Assembly (NCBI GenBank): GCA_963668645.2
Contig: CAXXWC010000020.1
Location: 96,001 to 160,000, forward strand
Origin: Desulfobacterales bacterium
Lineage (GTDB): Bacteria; Desulfobacterota; Desulfobacteria; Desulfobacterales; UBA2174
Direction: 5' to 3'
DNA length: 64,000 nucleotides
Shown piece after piece: positions 41,731 to 51,292 of the stretch. The position numbers and the translations under genes are program-made. Under the pieces are notes generated by a model. It was not told the DNA's origin. It did no database searches and was given only the letters and a program-made list of their open reading frames with translations. Each line of letters opens with the position of its first letter. Positions within the stretch are counted from its first letter, which is position 1.

Positions 41731-42237
41731 TCACCCTTTTCTTAGATGGCGCAGGATGTGGCCCAGTTCGGGAAAGATCAACTCCCGGCAGGCCAACTGG
41801 CAGGCCTTGAGGCTGCCCGGCATGCAGAAAACCACCGCTCCGGCCATGGTTCCGGCGGCGGCCCGCGAAAGCATGGCAGCGCTGTCCACCTGATCGAAGC
41901 TCAGGTGGGTGAAAAGGATGGCGAAGCCGGTCAATTCCTTGTCGAACAGAGGCCGCAGGGCCTCGATGGTCACGTCGGCCGGCGACAAGCCGGTGCCGCC
42001 GTTGACCAGAAGGGAGTCCAGCGCATGCGCGGCAATGGCCTGGGTGGCGCTGCGGGCGATGATGGCGCGATCGTCGGTAACCACCTGGTGAAAGACAACG
42101 GTATGCCCTTCACGGCCGGCGCTTTTGGCGATCCAGTGGCCGCTTTGATCCTCGTCCAGCCCCCGGGTGGTCGAAACGGTCAAGACCCCCACCCGCAACC
42201 GGGTCGGCGCATCGGCCTTGTGTGCGCGGGTGCTCAC
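41731..42237 (-). CDS. moaB: MoaB/MogA family molybdenum cofactor biosynthesis protein
   Basis: LTVS, D.SG, NGGTG..PADVTIEA, SRA.AG, MPGS. Confidence 0.85.
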   Translation of the reverse strand: MSTRAHKADAPTRLRVGVLTVSTTRGLDEDQSGHWIAKSAGREGHTVVFHQVVTDDRAIIARSATQAIAAHALDSLLVNGGTGLSPADVTIEALRPLFDKELTGFAILFTHLSFDQVDSAAMLSRAAAGTMAGAVVFCMPGSLKACQLACRELIFPELGHILRHLRKG

Positions 42238-42273
42238 GTGCGATTCCTTTCGTTTTGGCCAAGGATGGCGGCA

Positions 42274-43041
<768 letters not shown>

Positions 43042-43110
43042 CTATGCTGCCATGATCGGGTCTAACGATTGCGGCACTCGACGCGTACCGGGGAGCTTTC
43101 CGCAAATACG

Positions 43111-43725
43111 ATGAACACCAATTGCACCGGAGTGATTCTGGCCGGCGGACTCAGCAGCCGTTTCGGCGGACAGCCCAAGGCCATGTTAAAGGTCGGCGGA
43201 CGGCGGATCATCGATCGGGTGCTCGGGGTTTTCGCCGGGCTTTTCCCGCAGATCATGCTGGTGACCAACGATCCGGAGGATTATCTCGAGTGGGATCTGC
43301 CCCTGGTGACTGATATCTATCCGGTTCACGCCTCGCTGAACGGTTTGCATGCCGGTCTTTTTTACACCCGCACGCCATACGCATTTTTCTCGGCCTGCGA
43401 TACCCCCTTTTTAAGCCCGGCCCTGGTGCGGGCCGTGCTGGAGCGCATCCGGCCGACGGTGGACGTGGTCCTGCCGGTCACCGAGAAGGGTACCGAGCCG
43501 CTGGCCGCGGTCTATTCCCGGCACTGCCTCGAGGCCGTCGAGAGGCAGCTGGCGCGCGGGGATTTTAAGATCGATGATTTTTTGCGCAGGGTGCGGGTCA
43601 GCCGGATGATGGAGCCTCAACTGAGACGGGTGGACCCGCAGCTCGACTCTTTTTTCAACATCAACACCCCCCGGGATCTTGAAACGGCCTGCGCCAGGGC
43701 CGCCGCCGAGGCCCAGGAGGGATGA
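43111..43725 (+). CDS. mobA: Molybdenum cofactor guanylyltransferase
   Basis: ILAGGLSSRFG..K, GLHAGL, ACDTPF, EPL.AVY, FFNINTP. Confidence 0.92.
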   Translation: MNTNCTGVILAGGLSSRFGGQPKAMLKVGGRRIIDRVLGVFAGLFPQIMLVTNDPEDYLEWDLPLVTDIYPVHASLNGLHAGLFYTRTPYAFFSACDTPFLSPALVRAVLERIRPTVDVVLPVTEKGTEPLAAVYSRHCLEAVERQLARGDFKIDDFLRRVRVSRMMEPQLRRVDPQLDSFFNINTPRDLETACARAAAEAQEG

Positions 43726-44102
43726 AATCGGAGCCCGACATGGATCTTGCCGCTTTATTGGCCCGCGTGAAAAACCATCCTCACTATGACCGGGTGGGGA
43801 TGATCCTTTGCCACAACGGAGTGGTGCGCGGCACGGCCAGGGATGGTCGCCCGGTACGCGGTTTGCGCGTTGCGGTGGACAGCCGGCGCCTGGAAGAAAT
43901 CCTGGAAACCTACCGGGCCCGGGACGGAATTGTGGATATCCTGGTGGAGATTGCCGCCGATCGGGATCTGGCCGTGGGTGATGACGTCATGCTGCTCATC
44001 GTGGCCGGAGACGTGCGGGAAAACGTGATCCGGACCCTCGAAGCCGCACTCAACGACATCAAGAGCACCGTAACCCGAAAGACCGAGTTTTTTACCGGTT
44101 AA
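43722..44102 (+). CDS. MoaE-like protein
   Basis: GMILCHNGVVR, L.VGDD, AGDVRE, K..VT.K.E; Moco gene context. Confidence 0.75.
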   Translation: MKSEPDMDLAALLARVKNHPHYDRVGMILCHNGVVRGTARDGRPVRGLRVAVDSRRLEEILETYRARDGIVDILVEIAADRDLAVGDDVMLLIVAGDVRENVIRTLEAALNDIKSTVTRKTEFFTG

Positions 44103-44165
44103 GCGCACCGGGCCTTCAACAGGCCCGGTGCCGAAAACCGACGAAAGAAGCGGAATAATCGTCCA

Positions 44166-44666
44166 ATGAAGACAACGCCTGAATTTACCCATATCGGCCC
44201 CGAAGGCCAGGTGCGCATGGTGGATGTGAGCGCCAAGGCGCCCAGCCTGCGCAGCGCCACGGCCCGGGGGGTGGTGGTCATGGGCCCCGAGACCCTTGAC
44301 AAGATCCTTCACAACGCCTTTAAAAAAGGGAACGTGCTCGAAACGGCGCGGATTGCCGGAATCATGGCGGCCAAGCGCACCGCCGAGCTGATCCCCATGT
44401 GCCACCCTTTGAATCTCGAACATGTGCAGGTCGATTTTACCCCCCAGGCCGACGGCGGGGGCATCCAGATCGAGGCCGAAGTAAGGCTTACCGGCAAGAC
44501 CGGCGTCGAGATGGAGGCCCTTACCGCGGTGGCCGTTGCCGCCCTGACGGTCTATGACATGTGCAAATCCCATGATCGCGCCATGGCGATCCGTGAGATC
44601 AGCCTGGTGGAAAAGAAAGGCGGCCGCTCCGGGCATTTTATCCGCAAGCCCGCCGCCGGTTTTTGA
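44166..44666 (+). CDS. moaC: Cyclic pyranopterin monophosphate synthase
   Basis: MVDVSAK, ARIAGIMAAK, LIPMCHP, TGVEMEAL, YDMCK, K.GG.SG. Confidence 0.96.
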   Translation: MKTTPEFTHIGPEGQVRMVDVSAKAPSLRSATARGVVVMGPETLDKILHNAFKKGNVLETARIAGIMAAKRTAELIPMCHPLNLEHVQVDFTPQADGGGIQIEAEVRLTGKTGVEMEALTAVAVAALTVYDMCKSHDRAMAIREISLVEKKGGRSGHFIRKPAAGF

Positions 44667-44721
44667 CGCATCCGAAGGCTTCGGCGCGTGCCTAAAGGAT
44701 TTGAAAGGAGCGTCCCCCCTT

Positions 44722-45000
44722 ATGAACCGTTTCATCATATTCGGTCTGACCTTTGCGGTTGGCGGCGTATTACTGGTACTTTTCGAAGGGATTTCTTCCA
44801 TGATGACCGCCGGCGAAATCGTCCTCAAGACTTCCAGCCCGGTGGATCTGTTGGGAGACCAGTATTTTGCCTGGATCGATCGCATCCCGCTGGCCATGGC
44901 CCAGGACCTGCTCAACAGCCTGGTCACCCTGCCCGCCTGGATGATCCTGGCGGCCCTGGCCGTGATCTGTTTCGCGATTGGAGGGGTCACCAGCCGGTGA
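44722..45000 (+). CDS. Small 2-TM hypothetical membrane protein
   Basis: AAGGAG RBS, two hydrophobic segments, stop overlaps mltA GTG. Confidence 0.65.
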   Translation: MNRFIIFGLTFAVGGVLLVLFEGISSMMTAGEIVLKTSSPVDLLGDQYFAWIDRIPLAMAQDLLNSLVTLPAWMILAALAVICFAIGGVTSR

Positions 45001-46202
45001 AGCGATCCTTGCGCCATCTTCTGCCGGCCCTGGTTATGGGAATCTGGCTCCTGGCCGGGTGCGTGCCGCGGGTTGCACCGCCCGACCTGGCCCCGGTGGC
45101 CCCGGACCAGATCCCGGATCTGGTCGATGACATGGCCCTGGACGGCTTGGCCCTGGCCACCGAACAGAGCCTGGTCTATCTGAAACGGCTGCCGGCCGAC
45201 CGCCGATTCCGCTTCGGTTCGGACATGTTCGACCGCGACCACCTGATCCTCAGCCTGGAGCGGTTTGCCCAATTGCTGGCGCAGGGGGATCCGGTGCACC
45301 TGGGCGAGGCGCTGCACCGGGAGTTTCGTTTTTACCGTGCCGCCGGCAAAGATGCGAGCAATACGGTTCTTTTTACCGGATACTATGAGCCCACCCTCCA
45401 AGGCTGCCGCCGTCCGGACAGCCACTGCCGCTACCCTGTCTACGGGCAGCCCGAGGATCTGATCAGCGTCGATTTGTCCCCCTTCGGCGACAAATTCGCC
45501 GGCCAGCGCATCGTCGGCCGCTTCGACGGCCACACCCTGGTCCCCTATCCGGATCGCGAGGCCATCGAGAGCGGCGGGATTCTGGCCGGCAAGGCCCCGA
45601 TCCTGGCCTGGGCGGTGGACCCGGTGGATCTTTTCTTTTTGCAGATCCAGGGTTCCGGCCGCATCGCCCTGTCCGAAGGCGGGCTCTTGCGACTGCGTTA
45701 TGCCGGATCCAACGGCCGGCCTTACCGGAGCATCGGGAAATTGTTGATCGATCGCCAGGCGATCAGTGCTCAGGCCATGTCGATGCAAGCCATCCGCGCC
45801 TACCTGCACGAGCACCCCCGCCAGCAGGAAGAGGTCTTGAACTACAACCCGAGCTACGTCTTTTTTGAAATCAGCCAAGGCGGTCCTTTCGGCAGCCTGG
45901 GGGTGGCTTTGACCCCCGGCCGCTCCCTGGCCACCGATCCGCAGCATTTCCCCAGGGGGGCACTGGCCTTTGTGCGCTGCGTCAAGCCGCTTACCGACGA
46001 TGGGCGGCATATCGTCGAGTGGACCCCGTTCGGCCGCTTCATGCTCAACCAGGACACCGGCGGTGCCATCCGCGGCCCTGGCCGGGCCGACCTTTTCTGG
46101 GGCAGCGGCCCCTACGCCGAGCTGGCCGCCGGCCACCTGAAGCATCCCGGTACGCTTTACTTCTTCGTTCTGGATCCGGAAAAAGCCCGGTTGCCGCGGT
46201 GA
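44997..46202 (+). CDS. mltA: Membrane-bound lytic murein transglycosylase A
   Basis: Lipobox LAGC, FTGYYEP, QIQGSG, NPSYVFF, QDTGGAI.G..RADLFWG. Confidence 0.93.
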   Translation: MKRSLRHLLPALVMGIWLLAGCVPRVAPPDLAPVAPDQIPDLVDDMALDGLALATEQSLVYLKRLPADRRFRFGSDMFDRDHLILSLERFAQLLAQGDPVHLGEALHREFRFYRAAGKDASNTVLFTGYYEPTLQGCRRPDSHCRYPVYGQPEDLISVDLSPFGDKFAGQRIVGRFDGHTLVPYPDREAIESGGILAGKAPILAWAVDPVDLFFLQIQGSGRIALSEGGLLRLRYAGSNGRPYRSIGKLLIDRQAISAQAMSMQAIRAYLHEHPRQQEEVLNYNPSYVFFEISQGGPFGSLGVALTPGRSLATDPQHFPRGALAFVRCVKPLTDDGRHIVEWTPFGRFMLNQDTGGAIRGPGRADLFWGSGPYAELAAGHLKHPGTLYFFVLDPEKARLPR

Positions 46203-46443
46203 ACGCGTGCCGATGTTTGACCGCCCGGTGCCCGGGGACGCTTTTCAGGCCGTTTTAAAACCCGGGATCTGGGCTTGCCCCGGTGGCCTTGGCGCCGTCC
46301 CGCACCGAACCCCGGCGTCTTGACAGACCCCTGTAAAACTTATACTAGCAGGCCATTTAGCGGTTTAACTCCCCGTGCTCGCACCCAGGGTGAAGCACGG
46401 GATTTTCTTGTCGCCACCGTCCTTAGTAAAGGGAGATGCCTCC

Positions 46444-46851
46444 ATGTTCGGCATGGGTATGCCTGAAATCATCCTGATCCTGGCCATCGCGTTGATCGTC
46501 ATCGGACCGCGCAAGCTGCCGGAGCTGGGACGCAGCCTTGGACGGGCGATGCGCGAATTTCGCAAGGCCACCAGTGAGTTTAAGGCGTCGCTGGATGTCG
46601 ATGACGATCTCGGGTCCGTGCGCCGCAGTTTCTCGGAACTCAACCAGGACTTGAAATCGAGCCTCGAATCGGCCGCCTTCGGAAAAACCCCAAAGGACGG
46701 CGCGCCCGGCACTTCCCCGGACAACAACGCCGGCACCCCGGCCCGCGAGGCCGAAACGCCCGCCGATGCCCGGCCGGAGCCATCCTCCGGCACGGCGGAA
46801 TCCAGCGGCGACCCGCAAACCGCCGAGGAGCGCCGCGATGCTGGACGTTGA
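46444..46851 (+). CDS. tatB: Twin-arginine translocase TatA/TatB family subunit
   Basis: MFGMGMPE..IGPRKLPELGRSLG..EFR, long C-tail, upstream of tatC; TatA versus TatB uncertain. Confidence 0.75.
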   Translation: MFGMGMPEIILILAIALIVIGPRKLPELGRSLGRAMREFRKATSEFKASLDVDDDLGSVRRSFSELNQDLKSSLESAAFGKTPKDGAPGTSPDNNAGTPAREAETPADARPEPSSGTAESSGDPQTAEERRDAGR

Positions 46852-47611
46852 AGAGAAGATCCCCTTTACCGAACACCTTGACGAGCTGCGCAGCCGCCTG
46901 ATCGTTTGTTTCGTGGCGGTCGGGGTGGGGTTTGTCGCCTGCTACGGTTTCAAGGAACGCCTTTTCAAGATCCTGACCGCACCGTTGGTCAAGGTGATGA
47001 AGGAAGGCGACAAGCTGATTTTTACCGGCCTGCCCGAAGCCTTTTTCACCTACTTGAAGGTGGCGTTTCTGGCCGGCTGCATCCTGGCCGCGCCGGTGAT
47101 TATCTACCAGTTTTGGATGTTCGTGGCCCCCGGCCTCTACCGCAAGGAGCGCCATGTCCTGGCGCCCATCGTCATTCTGTCGACCTTCTTTTTCTTGGGC
47201 GGCGCCCTGTTCGGCTATTTTCTCGTTTTTCCCTGGGGGTTCGAATTTTTTCTCGGGTTCGCCACCGAAACGATCCGCCCCCTGCCGTCGATGAAAGAAT
47301 ACCTCGGTTTTGCCACCAAGCTGCTCATCGCCTTCGGTCTGGTCTTCGAGCTGCCCCTGGTGATCACCTTCATGGCCCGCCTTGGACTCGTGTCGGTCTC
47401 CTTTTTGAAGAAGAACCGGCGTTACGCGGTTCTGGTTTTCTTTGTCGGGGCTGCGATCCTCACCCCCCCGGACGTGGTCACCCAGATCATGATGGCCGTG
47501 CCCCTGATGGTGCTTTACGAAATCAGCATCGTCGGCGCCAAGATCTTCGGCCGCCCCCCGCTGGGCAAGGAAGCACCCGCAGCCGAGACCGACGAGCCCC
47601 CCCCTTCGTGA
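46838..47611 (+). CDS. tatC: Twin-arginine translocase TatC
   Basis: HLDELRSRL, YQFW.FVAPGL, FELP, LTPPD, LYEISI. Confidence 0.96.
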   Translation: MLDVEEKIPFTEHLDELRSRLIVCFVAVGVGFVACYGFKERLFKILTAPLVKVMKEGDKLIFTGLPEAFFTYLKVAFLAGCILAAPVIIYQFWMFVAPGLYRKERHVLAPIVILSTFFFLGGALFGYFLVFPWGFEFFLGFATETIRPLPSMKEYLGFATKLLIAFGLVFELPLVITFMARLGLVSVSFLKKNRRYAVLVFFVGAAILTPPDVVTQIMMAVPLMVLYEISIVGAKIFGRPPLGKEAPAAETDEPPPS

Positions 47612-49299
47612 CAGCCGGCGGCAAAGAGCTGCGCTACATTCTCGAACTGGTCGCCACCACGGCCGGTACCGGAACGTTCACACCGATTCCCGAAGGCCGG
47701 CCGGATCTGGCAGAGGCCATCGATCGGTTGCGAGGCTGTCCCCTGGACAGTTTTCTGCACCGTTATGTGCTCGAAATACTGGCCGGCCACAGCGCCCCCG
47801 AGCGGGCGGCAATGCTGGAGGCGACTTCAGGCCAAGATCAGGTGTTCAAGGCCCTGCTGGCCGAATTGGCGCTTCTGGAGGCCGATCCCGGCGCACCCGC
47901 CGGCGGCAGGCTGGGGGGCGACGGCCGGCATCTGACCGAGGCCTCACCGTCCATCCTGGTGCGCCAACACCGCTTGTCTGACCATCAGCGCCACGCCCAA
48001 TGGTCGGCCCTGATGGGGGCCAACCTCCAGTTCCACCGGCCCCTGCCCGGTCCCGGCGATCCGCGGCGGCCCTGCTTGCCGGAGCCGGATTCCGGCCGGG
48101 CGGTGACGCAGATCGATACCGGCCTGGATGATGTCCCACCGGCGCCCCATCTGTGCGGGACAGAACCGGTGGCCCTGGAAGAGACGATCCGGACCGCATC
48201 GGCCCGCCTCGAGCGGGCCGGGATTCTGGTCTCTGTTGAGATGCGCCACGAGTCGTCTTTGAGCCCCGTGGGATTGCTGCGCCAGTGGCGTTTCCAGCGC
48301 CGGGTGCGCAACGGTGCGCTGGATTACCGCTTCGGCGGATTTCAGACCGCCTACGGCCGGGGCTTCAGCCTGCCAGCGGCCCGGGCCGCCTATTTGATGG
48401 AAATCGTCGAACGCTTCAGCGCCTACGGCGATTTCACACCCGACGCGGTGCTCGGACACCGCCGGGCAACGCCGCTGCTTTGCGCTTCTTTGCATCAGAT
48501 GCGCGCCCATGCGCGGCCGGTTATGGATCCCAACGACCTGCTGCTCGAGGCGCCGTACGAAAACGCCCCCCTCTACTGGCGGCCGGCCGAGGTGGTCGGT
48601 GCCCGGGGCCGGGGCGAGATCTGGGTTCCGGCCCAGTGCGTCTATCTGTTTTGCAATCTGGACGAACCGGATCTTTTTTCCGCCCTGGGTTCCACCGGGC
48701 TGGGTGCGGGCAACACCGGGGCCCAGGCCCGCCTGGCGGCCCTGCTGGAGGTCATCGAGCGCGATGCCGAAGCGCTTACCCCCTTCGATCCAGGCGGATG
48801 TTTTACCGCCGAATCGACCGATCCCTACCTTCAATCCCTTTTGCGGCACTACCGCCAATGCGGGATCCACGTCCAGTTCCAGGATTTGACCGGAGCCCTG
48901 GGCGTGCCCTGTTACAAATGCTTCGTGGTCGGCTCGGACGGTCAGATCGCCAAAGGGACCGGGGCCCACCCCGAAGGCCGGCGGGCCCTGCTGTCTGCCC
49001 TGACCGAGACCATGTACCCCTACCCCAACGGCCCGCAGTCGCAGCCCGGGTTGGACGCGGTGCCGGTGCGCACCGTCGAGGACCTGCCCGATTATGGCGG
49101 CGGGTCGGTGGAGGCCGACCTGGATCGTCTCGAGAGGCTTCTGAGCGCCAACGGCTTTCAAGTCGTGTATGCCGATTTGACCCGCGAGGATCTCGATCTG
49201 CCGGTGGTGCGGGCCATCGTTCCCGGCCTTGCCCTCATGGCCGACTATGATCGTTTTACGCGCCTCAACCCAAGGTTGATCAGGCGTTTGGCAGGTTGA
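47608..49299 (+). CDS. YcaO-superfamily protein with N-terminal extension
   Basis: YGRG..MEIVER, STGLGAGN..LEVIERD, G.GAH..ALTE, DLT...L.LPVVRAIVPGL; GTG overlaps tatC stop. Confidence 0.82.
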   Translation: MTAGGKELRYILELVATTAGTGTFTPIPEGRPDLAEAIDRLRGCPLDSFLHRYVLEILAGHSAPERAAMLEATSGQDQVFKALLAELALLEADPGAPAGGRLGGDGRHLTEASPSILVRQHRLSDHQRHAQWSALMGANLQFHRPLPGPGDPRRPCLPEPDSGRAVTQIDTGLDDVPPAPHLCGTEPVALEETIRTASARLERAGILVSVEMRHESSLSPVGLLRQWRFQRRVRNGALDYRFGGFQTAYGRGFSLPAARAAYLMEIVERFSAYGDFTPDAVLGHRRATPLLCASLHQMRAHARPVMDPNDLLLEAPYENAPLYWRPAEVVGARGRGEIWVPAQCVYLFCNLDEPDLFSALGSTGLGAGNTGAQARLAALLEVIERDAEALTPFDPGGCFTAESTDPYLQSLLRHYRQCGIHVQFQDLTGALGVPCYKCFVVGSDGQIAKGTGAHPEGRRALLSALTETMYPYPNGPQSQPGLDAVPVRTVEDLPDYGGGSVEADLDRLERLLSANGFQVVYADLTREDLDLPVVRAIVPGLALMADYDRFTRLNPRLIRRLAG

Positions 49300-49449
49300 G
49301 GGTCAACGGTGCCGCGGGCCGCCATGCGGCTTCACATCCGCTTTGAAAATGCCCACAGGTGCCGTACGGGCTGCGTTTGCGCCTTGCCTGACAGCCCGAT
49401 ACTTGTTTATCCACAGGCTGTTAGACCGTTGTGCGAACCCGGTTAGCGG

Positions 49450-49478
49450 TTGACAGGAAATGCCGAACCAGGTAATGT
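49450..49478 (+). promoter_or_regulatory. sigma70 promoter for cytochrome c3
   Basis: TTGACA-N17-TAATGT. Confidence 0.65.
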
Positions 49479-49552
49479 ACACACCGCTAGTAGTGATCAC
49501 AGACCAGGCCGACGCAATCGCACTCAATTTGCAAAGGGAGGGAATGGGGATC

Positions 49553-50017
49553 ATGAAAAACGGAAAGTTGTTGATGGTCATGGCGGCTGTGGCCGTCGCT
49601 TCATTCTTTTTGGCAGCCGGCCTTTACGCCGGCACAAAAGCGCCGGATGTGGTCAAGCTCCAGGCGCCCTACGAGCACACCAAGACCGAGGTGGAGTTCT
49701 CCCACACCAAGCACGCCTCCGAGTACAAGAACGCCAAGGGCGAGGCCATCGCCTGCGGCGAGTGCCACCATGACGATCAGGGCAAGCCCCTGGCCCTCAA
49801 GGAGGGGGACGACGTCAAAAAGTGCTTCGAGTGCCACAATCAGCCGGGCGAACTGAAAGGCAAGAAGGCCAAGGGCAAATCGGATGCTGAGCTGATCAAG
49901 TATCACGCCAATGCCATGCACGCCAATTGCATCGACTGCCACCGGGATTACAACAAGGCCAACAAGACCAAGGCCGCGCCCCAGACCTGCACCGGCTGCC
50001 ATCCAAAGAAGAAATAA
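49553..50017 (+). CDS. Tetraheme class III cytochrome c3
   Basis: Signal peptide, V.FSH..H, CGECHH, CFECH, CIDCH, CTGCH. Confidence 0.93.
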   Translation: MKNGKLLMVMAAVAVASFFLAAGLYAGTKAPDVVKLQAPYEHTKTEVEFSHTKHASEYKNAKGEAIACGECHHDDQGKPLALKEGDDVKKCFECHNQPGELKGKKAKGKSDAELIKYHANAMHANCIDCHRDYNKANKTKAAPQTCTGCHPKKK

Positions 50018-50039
50018 TTAAAAAATTCGAAGAGGATAT

Positions 50040-50072
50040 AACGGCGAACCCCGAATCGGGGTTCGCCGTTTT
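50040..50072. terminator. Terminator between convergent cytochrome c3 and OYE genes
   Basis: AACGGCGAACCCCG-aat-CGGGGTTCGCCGTT then TT. Confidence 0.85.
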
Positions 50073-50076
50073 CATT

Positions 50077-51183
50077 TCAGGCTGCGTTTTTTCTTTTCTC
50101 GCTGACGCAGCAAACCCCTTCGCCGGCCCTGGCCGGACCGAAGCACAGATTGTCCGACAGGCAGGCCGCCGGGGTCCGGTCGCCGGCCTTCCAGCGGCGG
50201 ATCAGGCCGGGCTCGCGAATCAAGGGACGGGACATGGAGATGTAGTCGGCTTCGCCTCCGGCCACCAGTCGTTCGGCCACCTCGAAGGAGCGGTGGCCGC
50301 CCACCAGGATCAGCGGAATGGCGGTTTCTTTTTTAACGGCTTGGGCTTGCTGGCGGAAATAGGCCTCTTTTTCCGGTTTGTGAATCCCCGCGCGGCTTGG
50401 GCTGAGCTTGCCGCCGGTGATCACGCCGCCGCTGACTTCGATCGCGTCCAGACCGGCGCCGGCCAGCAGTTTGGCGGCGTGTACGGCATCCTCCACGGTC
50501 AGGCCGTTGTCGATGAAGTCGGCGCCGTTCATCTTCACCAGCACGGGATAGTCCGGCCCCACGGCCTTGCGTACAGCCGTTACCGCGGCGCAGAGGGCCC
50601 GGGCCCGGTTTTCCGCAGAGCCGCCGAATTCGTCGCGGCGCCGGTTGAAGGCCGGGGAAAGAAACTGGCTGAACAGGTATCCGTGGGCCGCGTGGATCTG
50701 GACGCCGTCGAATCCGGCGCTTTTGGCCCTTTGGGCTGCAGCAGCGAAAGCATCGACGATTTGGCCGATATCGGCCGGGGTCATTTCGGTGGCCGGGGGC
50801 ATGCCGGGACTGTCAGGACTGGAAACGGCCCATGGGGCCAGGCCGGAGAGTTTGGCCGATGCGAAACAGCCGCCATGGGCGAGCTGCAGGACGATCCTGC
50901 CGCCGTTGTCGTGGACCGCCGCGGCCATGCCGGCCAGCCCGGGCACCAGCGCGTCGCTGTAGGCCCCCAGCTGCCAGGGGCTGGCCTGGCCGGCCCGCTG
51001 CACATAGGCGTGGCTGGAGATGATCAGGCCCACATCGCCCCGGGCCAGGTCGACCATGGTATCCACCAGCCGGCGCGTCACGGCCCCCTGCTCGGTGGCC
51101 ATCCCCTCCCAGGTGGCCGAGCGCACGAAACGGTTGGCCAGGGTCATGCCGTTGATGGTTGTCTGGGTAAACATGATGGACAT
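50077..51183 (-). CDS. NADH:flavin oxidoreductase (Old Yellow Enzyme family)
   Basis: NRFVRSAT, QLAHGG, GFDGVQIHAAHGYL.SQFLSP, SRPLIREP. Confidence 0.92.
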   Translation of the reverse strand: MSIMFTQTTINGMTLANRFVRSATWEGMATEQGAVTRRLVDTMVDLARGDVGLIISSHAYVQRAGQASPWQLGAYSDALVPGLAGMAAAVHDNGGRIVLQLAHGGCFASAKLSGLAPWAVSSPDSPGMPPATEMTPADIGQIVDAFAAAAQRAKSAGFDGVQIHAAHGYLFSQFLSPAFNRRRDEFGGSAENRARALCAAVTAVRKAVGPDYPVLVKMNGADFIDNGLTVEDAVHAAKLLAGAGLDAIEVSGGVITGGKLSPSRAGIHKPEKEAYFRQQAQAVKKETAIPLILVGGHRSFEVAERLVAGGEADYISMSRPLIREPGLIRRWKAGDRTPAACLSDNLCFGPARAGEGVCCVSEKRKNAA

Positions 51184-51292
51184 CTGTACTCCTGCATTCT
51201 TGTATGGTTGAAACATACTCCGGGCCATCTCCGCATCAGCCGGGTGCGGGCTTGCCGGCGGTTTTCGTCCGCCAAGGGCTTGACCGGGCCGC

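Noticed and set aside
43755..46145. 796-aa minus-strand ORF, and similar long shadow ORFs (796-2454, 6387-7880, 26901-28295, 57785-59290, 62603-63796)
   Set aside because: Antisense to well-supported genes, with no motifs; expected from high-GC codon bias.
47608..50017. RiPP biosynthetic cluster around YcaO
   Set aside because: No precursor peptide, dedicated protease, exporter or partner enzymes nearby; neighbours are tat genes and cytochrome c3.
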